Of a stretch of 64,000 bases of DNA, positions 17,278 through 26,102 are shown piece by piece; the stretch's first letter is position 1, and every line of letters begins with the position of its first letter. The stretch covers positions 1 through 64,000 of the forward strand of contig JAZQAZ010000040.1 in assembly GCA_045545475.1 (NCBI GenBank). Direction: 5' to 3'. The DNA is from Clostridia bacterium (GTDB lineage Bacteria; Bacillota; Clostridia; CAKSNL01; HGM11501). A program made the translations under genes and the position numbers. Under the pieces are notes generated by a model that was not told the DNA's origin, did no database searches, and saw nothing but the letters and a program-made list of their open reading frames with translations.

Positions 17278-17638
17278 TACCAATCACCTTAACCTCTGTG
17301 CCTATTTCTTCAGCTGTAAATGTAAAATTGATATTGGGAATAATAAATGCACTCGCATCGGGAGGCGTTATCCTCTTGCAGACATATGCCGCCTCGCAAA
17401 CTTCAAAGCGTGTTCCGCCCTTATCTTCAACTATGTACCCCTTCTCGGGAAAATCAGCCTTCGGAAACAGCGGCACTACACCGCTATCATCATGAGCGCC
17501 CACGCTGTCATTCTGAGCCTTCAGGCGAAGAATCTCTGCGCTCATTTCAAAAATTCCCTCTGCAATATACTGCTGCTCCGGAATACCCTTCGCCTTTATT
17601 CGCTCCGCAAACTCAATCAACTCTCTATATTTCTCCAC
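17273..17638 (-). CDS. Phage hypothetical protein with in-frame TGTC repeat
   Basis: ORF track; probable GTG start at 17638 after GGAGGAG; repeat 17506-17537 encodes EILRLKAQND. Confidence 0.55.
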   Translation of the reverse strand: MEKYRELIEFAERIKAKGIPEQQYIAEGIFEMSAEILRLKAQNDSVGAHDDSGVVPLFPKADFPEKGYIVEDKGGTRFEVCEAAYVCKRITPPDASAFIIPNINFTFTAEEIGTEVKVIGK

Positions 17639-17915
17639 GAGTAAATCTCCTCCCGAGAAAATCTTCAAAGCTTCCGCTCCGCTTTTCTGCATCTTCAAGC
17701 CTTTCTTTTATCTCTCCAACCGTAACTCCGGTTCCTTTCCATAACGGAGACTGCTCTTCTGTCACCAGTTTGTATATCATTGAAGCCATATCCAGCCTCA
17801 TATCCGCAGGGCTGTTCTCCACCAAAAGACTTATGGCCATTGCAATGTCAGTAACAATATCAGTCGCCTCACCGCTTACAATAAACCTTCCTTCGTTTCT
17901 GTCAATCTTTATCAT
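17625..17915 (-). CDS. Phage hypothetical protein
   Basis: 96 aa, AGGAGG RBS, operon context. Confidence 0.6.
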   Translation of the reverse strand: MIKIDRNEGRFIVSGEATDIVTDIAMAISLLVENSPADMRLDMASMIYKLVTEEQSPLWKGTGVTVGEIKERLEDAEKRSGSFEDFLGRRFTRGEI

Positions 17916-17916
17916 C

Positions 17917-18132
17917 TTATACTATCCTCCTGAAATTAAAATCCTTCTTTATAACGATATGCTCCACACCACCGGGACGGTTTTCGTAATCATCCACTGC
18001 CTTGCTTGTTACACGCCAGGCACCTCCAACCTTAAAGCCCTTAAGCTTTCCTTGAGCAAGCTCCTCATAAATCACGCGGATAGAAATCCTCCACCGCTTC
18101 GCCAGCTCATTAACCGTAAATACCGCCTGCAT
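17917..18132 (-). CDS. Excisionase-like HTH_17 DNA-binding protein
   Basis: FTVNELAKRWRIS...GKLKGFKVGGAWRV. Confidence 0.8.
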   Translation of the reverse strand: MQAVFTVNELAKRWRISIRVIYEELAQGKLKGFKVGGAWRVTSKAVDDYENRPGGVEHIVIKKDFNFRRIV

Positions 18133-18150
18133 AAAATCACGCTCCTTTTA

Positions 18151-18268
18151 TTGACATTTTTCAAACACCGTGTTATAATAACTACGTTATTAAATTTCCC
18201 ATTTGTTCATAGTGAACAAAAATTTCCTCAAGCACTCACTGCGCCAACAGTGGGTGCTTTTATTTTTT
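18151..18268 (+). ncRNA. Candidate ~80-nt phage sRNA with its own promoter and terminator, antisense to the cro operon
   Basis: TTGACA(18151)-17-TG.TATAAT(18174); hairpin 18202-18220; terminator 18230-18268. Confidence 0.65.
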
Positions 18269-18300
18269 CTCGGACTCGCTCTGCTCATAAAAAAGCCTCC

Positions 18301-18477
18301 TTAAAATAAATCATTTACCGTACAATCAAGAATTTTTGCCAATATAGGAAGCTTGTCTGTCCTCGGCGTTGATTCTCCAGTTTCCCATTTCGCGACAGTG
18401 CTTCTATCTATATTGAGTTCCTTAGCAATATCTTCTTGTTTTAATTTTTTCTTTTCTCTCAGTTCTTTTATCTTCAT
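18301..18477 (-). CDS. Cro-like HTH-XRE protein (58 aa)
   Basis: Not in the ORF track; MKIKELREKKKLKQEDIAKELNIDRSTVAKWETG...; GGAGGTG RBS; divergent from cI. Confidence 0.9.
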   Translation of the reverse strand: MKIKELREKKKLKQEDIAKELNIDRSTVAKWETGESTPRTDKLPILAKILDCTVNDLF

Positions 18478-18523
18478 TCCATCACCTCCAAAAAGTGCAC
18501 CAATTTCATTTTTTAATTATAAT

Positions 18524-18639
18524 ATGAATTATATTCACATTATAATTCCTGTTTTTACCTTTGTCAATACTTTTTGTGAATTTTATTCATATTTTTTTGT
18601 TCGAAAAATATTTACAAAGTGAATTTTATTCACTATAAT
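18524..18639. promoter_or_regulatory. Lysis/lysogeny switch: three RTGAAT-N3-ATTCAY operators and divergent promoters
   Basis: Operators at 18524-38, 18576-90 and 18619-33; Pcro TTGACA-17-TATAAT (18567-18539, minus); PcI TTTACA-17-TATAAT (18611-18639). Confidence 0.8.
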
Positions 18640-18660
18640 GATATTAAAGGTGGTGATATT

Positions 18661-19002
18661 ATGTTTTCAGCTATCTTAAAAAAACTGAGAACTGAAAAGA
18701 AAATTACTCAAAAAAAATTAGCAGAGCAGCTTTTTGTAGACTGTTCTACGGTTACAAAATGGGAGACTGGAAAAGCCTTCCCCGACTTTAAAAAGCAACA
18801 AATGTTAGCAGAAATATTTGATGTCTCTATAGACTACCTCTTTGGTCGAGAAGACAAAAAAGAAAAGCCCGCCGAAAACGACGAGCTTGAAAATAAAAAT
18901 GTTAAATTTATAGGCAGGGACGGAACAGTCAAGTTCAAAAAGCTTTCTCCTGAAATGATTGCTATGCTTGAACAGCTTCCCGATTCAGGCGATGATCTTT
19001 AA
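18661..19002 (+). CDS. CI/ImmR-like HTH-XRE repressor
   Basis: LKKLRTEKKITQKKLAEQL...KWETG...LAEIFDVSIDYLFG; AAAGGTGG RBS. Confidence 0.9.
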   Translation: MFSAILKKLRTEKKITQKKLAEQLFVDCSTVTKWETGKAFPDFKKQQMLAEIFDVSIDYLFGREDKKEKPAENDELENKNVKFIGRDGTVKFKKLSPEMIAMLEQLPDSGDDL

Positions 19003-19519
19003 TAAAATTCTTAAATCGTTTTTTAACCTTTCGTTCCAAAGGATGTAAATAGAATTTGTTCCGCTCCGTAAGGACTTTAAAACGTTTAAGTCTTATCTCC
19101 GCTGCAGCCTTGCTTACATCACATAAAAGCATAATGTCCTCTGCCGTTTGTACATTGCATTCCTTAAGTATGCAGGCAGGCATAAGAAGCCTGGATGCAA
19201 AAACATCCGCTTCAACTTCTCTGTCTTCTACCTCTGTTTCATTATGGCCGAGTAATATGTGCCCTATTTCGTGAGCAATGGTAAAGCGTTGCCTTTTAGA
19301 ATTTACACTGTCATTGTAAAATATGTATGCTTTTTTTCCGATAACAACAGAAAACCCATCACCTACTTTCGGAACTCTCGGAGCTTCAGAATATTTAATA
19401 GCCTTAATTCCAAGCTTCTTGCATAAAGGAATTACTTTTACCGGTAATTCGCTTATATGCTCTTTAACCATTATCTCCCACGCTAAATTACGGGAGAATT
19501 TATATCGTGTGTATTTCAT
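18962..19519 (-). CDS. ImmA/IrrE family metallopeptidase
   Basis: RQRFTIAHEIGH and EVEADVFASRLLMP motifs. Confidence 0.9.
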   Translation of the reverse strand: MKYTRYKFSRNLAWEIMVKEHISELPVKVIPLCKKLGIKAIKYSEAPRVPKVGDGFSVVIGKKAYIFYNDSVNSKRQRFTIAHEIGHILLGHNETEVEDREVEADVFASRLLMPACILKECNVQTAEDIMLLCDVSKAAAEIRLKRFKVLTERNKFYLHPLERKVKKRFKNFIKDHRLNREAVQA

Positions 19520-19653
19520 ACACATCACCTCCACCTCTCATAATAAGGTGGAATATGACAAAATTCTACAGGAATATATTGTAAAAAGTTTTTGAATCCC
19601 GAGGAAAAATAAATATAAAAGCAGTTGAATTTCTCGTAAAATAAGGAGTTATA

Positions 19654-21975
19654 ATGGACACTATCAGGTCTTATCTTGCAAATAGTGCTAAAACATATTA
19701 TGAATATTTAACCCAGAACGACAAAGGAGTTTCCCGCATAAAAGTCAGAAGCATTTCTATTATCCAGCAAAACAAAATTAATTTATCATTGGATTCTGAA
19801 CTTTCTGATATATCTTTCTTGAAAGCTCTTATTGCAGACGGCAAAAAGCTCTCTTTAGATGCTTGTGAGATTTCGCTTATATCTCCGATGATTATTTCAC
19901 TTGAAGCCGAAATTGCTTTGATTAACAGGCTTATGGATGCTAAAGGAATATATTTAATTATCGATTTTCGTATTTTGGTTAAAAGAATTCAAGAAAAATA
20001 TGAAGAATCAGCCGAGACACTGAAACTTCCGAATAATCCTCCCGCACTCAAATTTCCACTAAAAACTTTTGGGCAAGTCCCATTCACCGTTTCACAGCAG
20101 GAAGCAATAAATAATATTTTTGCTTCTCCTATTTCTTATATATGGGGCGGAGCAGGAAGCGGAAAAACTCGTTTTGTACTTGCCTATTCAATATTAGCCT
20201 ATCTTTTATCAAAAAGAAGGGTTCTTCTTTGTGCACCCACAAATATTGCTTTGGAAAATGCATTAAAAGAGATTATTCCTATCGCCGTATCGTACGGGAT
20301 TGCACCGTCACAAATTTATCGTCACGGAAAGCCCTCTGCAGATTTTACCGCTAAATATCCTGAATCCTGCAACAATGCTATAAGTAAAGAATTAAAAAAT
20401 GCACAAAGTACAAAAACACGTTTAGAGCGACTGCTCCGTGCTGAACAAAAATTGCAATGGCTTTTTGAACTTAATGAAATTATAGATTCTGCAATTACAC
20501 TCTCTTCCGAGATTAAGCGTAAAACCGCTTTGATTGATGCGATTTCAATAAAACAAAACTTAAATCTCCAAGCCATATTATCTAAAGAAACGGCTATTGC
20601 TATACTGAACGGCAAAATTAATGCACAAAAAAGAAGCCTTCAATTCAAAATTAAAAGTTTCTTTAATAAAAAACATTATACTCAAATTTTATCTCCCATG
20701 CTTAATGAACTTGGAAAGCTCAACTCTGAGCATATAGATTTAACCGAAGAAAAACATTCTCTAACCAAAGAATCGGAAGTGATAAAGAAAGATATCCTAC
20801 ATATTCTGCGACAACTGCAGGACATACATAACAAAATAAAACATCGGGCATCAAATTTAAAAATCAATGTGAATTTGTTGAAATTGGATATTCTTCAAAT
20901 CCGCATACACAAACGTATACATTACGGAAAAGATTATATTGGAAAAGAGAAAATTGCTCTTGCTCCGCTTAATCTGCTGACAACCGAAGATATAAAAAGA
21001 AATATAGAACAGACTGATAAATTGATTGCCGATTTAACTGCAAGGCATGAGGAAAAAAATAAAGCTATACTTCTTCACGGATGCACTCTTGATGGGTTAG
21101 TATCTATATCTGATGACTATATCTTTTCCCATGCTTTTTTGGATGAAGCATGTTATTCTTGCATCGCAAAGACATCTCTGTTGTTTTTCCTTAAATGTCC
21201 TGTTACATATCTCGGAGACCATATGCAGCTCCCTCCTGTGTCAGAAATTAATGATATCGAAAAACTTGGCCGTAATGAAGGAGAGCTTCTTTGCTTATGG
21301 GAACAAAGCGGCATATATTCAAGTTCTATTTTTGAAAAAAACTTTTCAAAAATATATGATGATTATATAAATGGCACAGAATCCCTTCCTGGTATGCTTT
21401 CTATTTCTGTTCTTCCTGAGACTCACCGCTTCGGAAAAACACTTTCTTATATTTTGAATAAGTATGTATATAAAAACGGTTTTACATCTATAAAAGAAAA
21501 CGAAACTTTTATTTCAGTAATACACGCTTCTAAAAAAACTCCGTGCAAAGACTACAGGGAAAATATTGACGAAGTAAATGCCATAAAAAATTATCTAAAT
21601 AAAAATCATACTATTAATGACTTTGCAATACTAACTCCATATGTAAAGCAAGCCAAGCTCTTAAAAAATAGTTTATCTAAAGAATATACTCAAAACATTT
21701 TAACCGTTCATAAATCTCAAGGACAAGAATGGGATACGGTTATTTTGAGCGTATCAGACACTTCCAATAAGTTTTTTACCGATGTAAATAACCCTTCTTC
21801 GCGTGGAAAACAGCTCCTAAATACAGCTATAAGCCGTGCAAGAAAAAATTTAATTATTGTCTGTGATACTGATTACTGGGCTGGCATTAACAATCAGCTG
21901 ATTTCAGAATTAATACGTATTTCTATACCCACACAAACGAAAGGAGGCCCGCAATGGCAAGAAAAGGACTCTTAA
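19654..21975 (+). CDS. Superfamily 1B (Upf1/DNA2-like) helicase with coiled-coil insertion
   Basis: GGAGSGKT, APTNIA, DEAC, GDHMQLPP, ETHRF, LTPY, TVHKSQGQE, NTAISRAR. Confidence 0.9.
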   Translation: MDTIRSYLANSAKTYYEYLTQNDKGVSRIKVRSISIIQQNKINLSLDSELSDISFLKALIADGKKLSLDACEISLISPMIISLEAEIALINRLMDAKGIYLIIDFRILVKRIQEKYEESAETLKLPNNPPALKFPLKTFGQVPFTVSQQEAINNIFASPISYIWGGAGSGKTRFVLAYSILAYLLSKRRVLLCAPTNIALENALKEIIPIAVSYGIAPSQIYRHGKPSADFTAKYPESCNNAISKELKNAQSTKTRLERLLRAEQKLQWLFELNEIIDSAITLSSEIKRKTALIDAISIKQNLNLQAILSKETAIAILNGKINAQKRSLQFKIKSFFNKKHYTQILSPMLNELGKLNSEHIDLTEEKHSLTKESEVIKKDILHILRQLQDIHNKIKHRASNLKINVNLLKLDILQIRIHKRIHYGKDYIGKEKIALAPLNLLTTEDIKRNIEQTDKLIADLTARHEEKNKAILLHGCTLDGLVSISDDYIFSHAFLDEACYSCIAKTSLLFFLKCPVTYLGDHMQLPPVSEINDIEKLGRNEGELLCLWEQSGIYSSSIFEKNFSKIYDDYINGTESLPGMLSISVLPETHRFGKTLSYILNKYVYKNGFTSIKENETFISVIHASKKTPCKDYRENIDEVNAIKNYLNKNHTINDFAILTPYVKQAKLLKNSLSKEYTQNILTVHKSQGQEWDTVILSVSDTSNKFFTDVNNPSSRGKQLLNTAISRARKNLIIVCDTDYWAGINNQLISELIRISIPTQTKGGPQWQEKDS

Positions 21976-23051
21976 CCGCCACACTCACGCTTCCCGGCGG
22001 AAAGAGAAAATATATCTACGGAAAAACCAAAGCCGAGCTTGAAGAAAAACTTCTTGAAGCCAAACTTCTGCTTAAGGCAGGAGTGAATCCCGGAAACGAT
22101 GTAACCTTTTATGAATATGCTCAGGCTTGGTACAATTCCTATAAGAAGCCTTATCTCAGAGATACAAGCCGGGAAAATCTTCTCTACACCCTCAATAGCT
22201 ATATAGTCCCGTACCTTTCTTCTGTAAAGATGTCAGACGTAACTCCGATGCATATTCAGCAAATTCTTTCCTCGGTATCGGAAAAGAGCCGAAGCCTTAA
22301 TAATAAAGTGCTGCAGACATTAAGACACATATTTGATACAGCTGTAGATAATAACGTGATAGCCAAAAGCCCGGTTCCCTTAAAGCAAAAAACCGCCGGC
22401 AAGAAAACTGAAGAAAAAAAGCCCCTTACAAAGGAGCAGGAAAATATACTTATAGACGCTTTGGAAGGAACACGTGCAAGCCTGTTCGTCCTCATAGGCT
22501 TAAAAACAGGTATGAGACGCGAAGAAATCCTCGGACTTAATTGGGACTGTGTTGACCTTGAAAAACGCCTGATTCACGTCAAGAGAACGCTATTGCTTAC
22601 TGACAAGGCTTCAAAGATTTCCGAAACTACAAAAACGGATTCGGGAAACCGCTTAATCCCCATTCCTGACTCACTTCATAAAATTCTTACAGAAGAAAAA
22701 GAGAAATCGAATTCAGAATGGCTTTTTACAACACAGGAAGGAAATCCTTTAACCCGCTCTTCTTTCAGACGGATGTGGACCGCTGTAGAAACCCGTTATG
22801 TGAAAAATAAGACGGAACTCAATGAAAAGCACCGACCGGAAGTAAAAAGAATAATAAGCTTCCACGTTACACCACATATACTTCGCCATACATATATAAC
22901 AAGACTTTTCGAAGCAGGGCTCGATGTCAAACAGGTTCAATACCTCGCAGGACATAAAACTCCGGATATAACTATGAAAATTTATATTCATTTCTGTGAG
23001 GAAACTCGAAGAGATTCCACTTTTGATATGGCAAAGGCAGCTATCGGCTAA
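21954..23051 (+). CDS. int: Tyrosine integrase
   Basis: GMRREE (R), TKT (K), HILRH, LAGH, KIY catalytic set; N-terminal arm-binding domain. Confidence 0.95.
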   Translation: MARKGLLTATLTLPGGKRKYIYGKTKAELEEKLLEAKLLLKAGVNPGNDVTFYEYAQAWYNSYKKPYLRDTSRENLLYTLNSYIVPYLSSVKMSDVTPMHIQQILSSVSEKSRSLNNKVLQTLRHIFDTAVDNNVIAKSPVPLKQKTAGKKTEEKKPLTKEQENILIDALEGTRASLFVLIGLKTGMRREEILGLNWDCVDLEKRLIHVKRTLLLTDKASKISETTKTDSGNRLIPIPDSLHKILTEEKEKSNSEWLFTTQEGNPLTRSSFRRMWTAVETRYVKNKTELNEKHRPEVKRIISFHVTPHILRHTYITRLFEAGLDVKQVQYLAGHKTPDITMKIYIHFCEETRRDSTFDMAKAAIG

Positions 23052-23054
23052 GCT

Positions 23055-23074
23055 GTACCACACGCGTACCACAC
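23055..23074 (+). other. Putative integrase arm-type sites (GTACCACAC x2)
   Basis: 9-bp direct repeat at 23055-63 and 23066-74 between int and the tRNA. Confidence 0.5.
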
Positions 23075-23139
23075 ATAAAGAGGTATAAAGCATTAGAAAG
23101 CGTTCAAAATACGCTTATTTATTTTTTACTTCGAAAACA

Positions 23140-23185
23140 CAAAAAGACCGCAACCCCTTGTAACACAAGGATTTGCGGTCTTTTT
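23140..23185. terminator. Bidirectional terminator after tRNA-Lys / int
   Basis: AAAAAGACCGCAA...TTGCGGTCTTTTT. Confidence 0.8.
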
Positions 23186-23188
23186 GTT

Positions 23189-23264
23189 TGGTGACCCATC
23201 GGAGATTCGAACTCCGGACACCTTGATTAAAAGTCAAGTGCTCTGCCAACTGAGCTAATGGATC
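23189..23264 (-). tRNA. tRNA-Lys(TTT), probable prophage attachment gene
   Basis: Cloverleaf, CTTGA-CTTTTAA-TCAAG, encoded CCA. Confidence 0.97.
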
Positions 23265-23271
23265 ATATTAT

Positions 23272-23346
23272 TGGCTGGGCTGGCTGGACTCGAACCAGCG
23301 AATGCCAGAGTCAAAGTCTGGTGCCTTACCACTTGGCGACAGCCCA
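23272..23346 (-). tRNA. tRNA-Gln(TTG)
   Basis: Cloverleaf, CCAGA-CTTTGAC-TCTGG, CCA. Confidence 0.96.
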
Positions 23347-23381
23347 GTATAACTCAAGGCGTAATACCAATATAAAAAAAA

Positions 23382-23459
23382 TGGGGTGGATAGTGGGACT
23401 CGAACCCCCGGCCTCCAGAGCCACAATCTGGCGCGCTAGCCAACTGCCCCATACCCACC
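23382..23459 (-). tRNA. tRNA-His(GTG)
   Basis: G-1, CCAGA-TTGTGGC-TCTGG, C73, CCA; two stem mismatches. Confidence 0.92.
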
Positions 23460-23468
23460 ATAAAAAAA

Positions 23469-23545
23469 TGGCGTGCCTGCGGGGACTCGAACCCAGGACC
23501 TACTGCTTAGAAGGCAGTTGCTCTATCCAGCTGAGCTACAGGCAC
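23469..23545 (-). tRNA. tRNA-Arg(TCT)
   Basis: ACTGC-CTTCTAA-GCAGT, CCA. Confidence 0.95.
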
Positions 23546-23552
23546 AAAATAA

Positions 23553-23626
23553 TGGAGCGGGTGATGGGAATCGAACCCACGCGATCAGCTTGGAAGGCTG
23601 AGATTCTACCATTGAACTACACCCGC
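23553..23626 (-). tRNA. tRNA-Gly(TCC)
   Basis: TCAGC-CTTCCAA-GCTGA, CCA. Confidence 0.96.
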
Positions 23627-23656
23627 TTATAAGTATTAAATTCAAACGACTTAGCT

Positions 23657-23685
23657 ATTATAGCAAAGCTTTTCGGTTTTGTCAA
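23657..23685 (-). promoter_or_regulatory. sigma-A promoter of the tRNA operon
   Basis: TTGACA-17-TATAAT with extended TG. Confidence 0.85.
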
Positions 23686-23763
23686 TACCTTTTTTAATTT
23701 TTTATCAAATATTTTTCTCCGATACCCCAAAGAAGTATCGGAGAAAAATGCTAATTATCCCTA

Positions 23764-24855
23764 TTATTCATCCGTCTTTATTGATTCAAGAACAGCCTTA
23801 AAATCATTATATATATTTTTGTCAAATGCAGGATACCCCAACTTATTAAGTTCCGCTATGTTGTTGAGATTGTTTTTTACCAGATTTAAGATTCCCGCTT
23901 CCATTCCGTAAACAGCTTGTGTCATATGTGCATCCATAAGGTAATAAGATTGACCGTCAGATATAATTTCCTTTGCATACTCATTGGCAACATCATAATT
24001 CCCAAAGGAGGCCAAAAAGCACATATAGGTATAGTTTCCGTACTGTAATTCATCCGATTTCTGAATGCCTTTACTTTCAGAAATTCCGATAAATGTACTT
24101 AGTGCAAAAACAATGAGCAAAGCTATAGCAGTAAGCTTGCGGGAGGTTATAAGCTTTTTCCTGCTTCTTGCACTCAGACAGACGCAAGTCATAAGATATC
24201 CTCCAAAAAGTCCGCCGAAATGAGCCAGGTTATTAATCCCTCCCGTAAAGCTGTAAAGTGTTGTTATTATAACACAGGAAATTACGCCCCTCATCATCAT
24301 GCGGTTCATTGCCGTGGGATTTATATAATATATTGCAACAATCGCTCCCAAAAGGCCGAAAATCGCACCTGATGCTCCGATAGACGGGTTCTTCATAAAG
24401 GCAAATGTAAGAAAATTACCTAACAGTCCGCCGACAAAATATATAAGTAAATACTTAATCCTTCCTACCGCCGGCTCAAGTAATGTACCGTAAACATATA
24501 AGGCATAACAGTTGGATAAAAGATGGAACAAACCTTCATGAGTAAAAATCGACGTTACAATGCGGTAAACCTGCCCCGAAGCCACTGCTCCTCTGTGCAT
24601 GGATAAAATACTTGCCAAATCGCTCCCGTTAAAATTAAGAATTCTTATAACTAAAAATACTAAAACATTTATTGCTATAAGCGTAATAGTTGCTTTTGGT
24701 TTAACATAAGAGTACTTAACTCCGGAGCGAACGTATTTTTCCGGCTCATACGAATTTTCCGATTTATTCTCTTTATCAAATCCGTTATGGCCGCAAACCG
24801 GACAAAAGTCGCAATTATCCGAAAGACATTGTCCGCAGGATGAGCAATATTTCAC
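23764..24855 (-). CDS. Rhomboid intramembrane serine protease with N-terminal zinc ribbon
   Basis: FTH...HLLSN, IGASGAIFG, NLAHFGG. Confidence 0.9.
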   Translation of the reverse strand: MKYCSSCGQCLSDNCDFCPVCGHNGFDKENKSENSYEPEKYVRSGVKYSYVKPKATITLIAINVLVFLVIRILNFNGSDLASILSMHRGAVASGQVYRIVTSIFTHEGLFHLLSNCYALYVYGTLLEPAVGRIKYLLIYFVGGLLGNFLTFAFMKNPSIGASGAIFGLLGAIVAIYYINPTAMNRMMMRGVISCVIITTLYSFTGGINNLAHFGGLFGGYLMTCVCLSARSRKKLITSRKLTAIALLIVFALSTFIGISESKGIQKSDELQYGNYTYMCFLASFGNYDVANEYAKEIISDGQSYYLMDAHMTQAVYGMEAGILNLVKNNLNNIAELNKLGYPAFDKNIYNDFKAVLESIKTDE

Positions 24856-26069
24856 TCTTTTGTTCCTCCTTCCTCTTTATGCAAGCCAAACTTTTCAGTT
24901 GTCTTTTCTTTATGCGAAATAAAGAACCAGTCAAAAAGTCCGACATCGTAAAACTTATACAATAACGTTGCAACTATAGGCATTATAAGCATACCGATAA
25001 ATCCGTAAATTTTATATCCCACCCATATGGATATCAGAGACGTAAGCGGTCCTATTCCAATTGAATCCCCCAAAATCTTTGGCTGTACTATGTTCCTTAC
25101 GGAAAGGCATATAAGATAAAGAACCAACATTCCTATGGTAATGAAGATGCTTCCTCCTGCAAGAAGGTTTATAAGCGACCAGGGAATAAGTACTGTACCA
25201 ACTCCGAGAATAGGAAGCATATCCACAATTGCTACCACTATGGCCAACAGAGCCGCATTATCAATCCCCATTATAATAAAGCCTACAAAAAGTAATGCAG
25301 ATGTTATCAAAGTAAGTATAATTTGTGCTTTAAGTGTTCCCAGAAGTGCTCCGAAGCATTCGTTTTTAACAAGATGCATTCTTTCTTTGAATCCTTCCGA
25401 AACATTTTCCTGATACCAAAGAGCATATTTTTCCTTTCCGCTTGTAAAAAAGTAAGTAGAAAGCATAAGCATAACGATAAAAATTATAGCTCCGGGCAGG
25501 CTTTTAACAACAGAAATGGTTCCCGTTGCAAAGTTTCCTGCAAAAGGTCTCAAAACATCGGTAAGCTGTGACATAAAATCCGAGCTTAACTCCGTAATGT
25601 CCTTCCCCACATTATAGCCTCCGCTATGAGCAGCAGGTTTATTTATCTTCATCATTTCCATAAAGTCAAACGGAAGACTGTCAGACCATTCAACCAAGCC
25701 CTTATATGCAGAATTGAAATAGTCCGCCGCACCATTAATTATCATTTCCCAGTTCTTAATCACATAGCTCGACGCATCAGACACCAGTGACACTAAAAGT
25801 ACCACTAAAAGAGCCAGTAAAGTGAGCAAAATAAGAACCGTAATCACAGCACTTATTTTATAAGGAACATGCAGCTTCTTTTTAAGAAATTTAACCATGG
25901 GAGACGCCACAAGCGAAACACCCCATCCTATGATAAACGGCATAAACAGTACAATTGCATACGGCAACACTCTGAATGCAAGCACAACTACTCCTATTAA
26001 AAGCAACATCAAAAAATACCTTGAGTATTTTTTATGAAAATTGTTAAGCCTCTCAAAAAATTCTTCCAT
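24852..26069 (-). CDS. ytvI: YtvI / AI-2E family membrane protein
   Basis: DMLPILGVGTVLIPW, RNIVQPKILGDSIG. Confidence 0.8.
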   Translation of the reverse strand: MEEFFERLNNFHKKYSRYFLMLLLIGVVVLAFRVLPYAIVLFMPFIIGWGVSLVASPMVKFLKKKLHVPYKISAVITVLILLTLLALLVVLLVSLVSDASSYVIKNWEMIINGAADYFNSAYKGLVEWSDSLPFDFMEMMKINKPAAHSGGYNVGKDITELSSDFMSQLTDVLRPFAGNFATGTISVVKSLPGAIIFIVMLMLSTYFFTSGKEKYALWYQENVSEGFKERMHLVKNECFGALLGTLKAQIILTLITSALLFVGFIIMGIDNAALLAIVVAIVDMLPILGVGTVLIPWSLINLLAGGSIFITIGMLVLYLICLSVRNIVQPKILGDSIGIGPLTSLISIWVGYKIYGFIGMLIMPIVATLLYKFYDVGLFDWFFISHKEKTTEKFGLHKEEGGTKE

Positions 26070-26102
26070 ATAGTTTCTCCTTTAACTTAAAAAAGGGGTA
26101 TC

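Larger units (their letters stand above)
1..23188. mobile_element. Temperate prophage (right part; left end outside window), integrated at the 3' end of tRNA-Lys
   Basis: Contiguous capsid, scaffold, portal, TerL/TerS, early genes, cro/cI and integrase ending next to the tRNA-Lys 3' end; host housekeeping genes start beyond the tRNA operon. The att core cannot be defined without the other end. Confidence 0.93.

Noticed and set aside
17347-18309. 320-aa plus-strand ORF
   Set aside because: Antisense to three coupled phage genes, low-complexity translation, no RBS
1-23188. Diversity-generating retroelement, retron or alternative genetic code in the prophage
   Set aside because: No reverse transcriptase, no TR/VR pair with A-specific mismatches, and ORFs are intact under code 11
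23382-23545. Stem mismatches in tRNA-His (G11-G24, G50-A64) and tRNA-Arg (U50-C64)
   Set aside because: Single mismatches can be natural or sequencing errors; no evidence for editing or pseudogenisation without reads
23258-23632. 124-aa plus-strand ORF
   Set aside because: Antisense shadow of four tRNA genes
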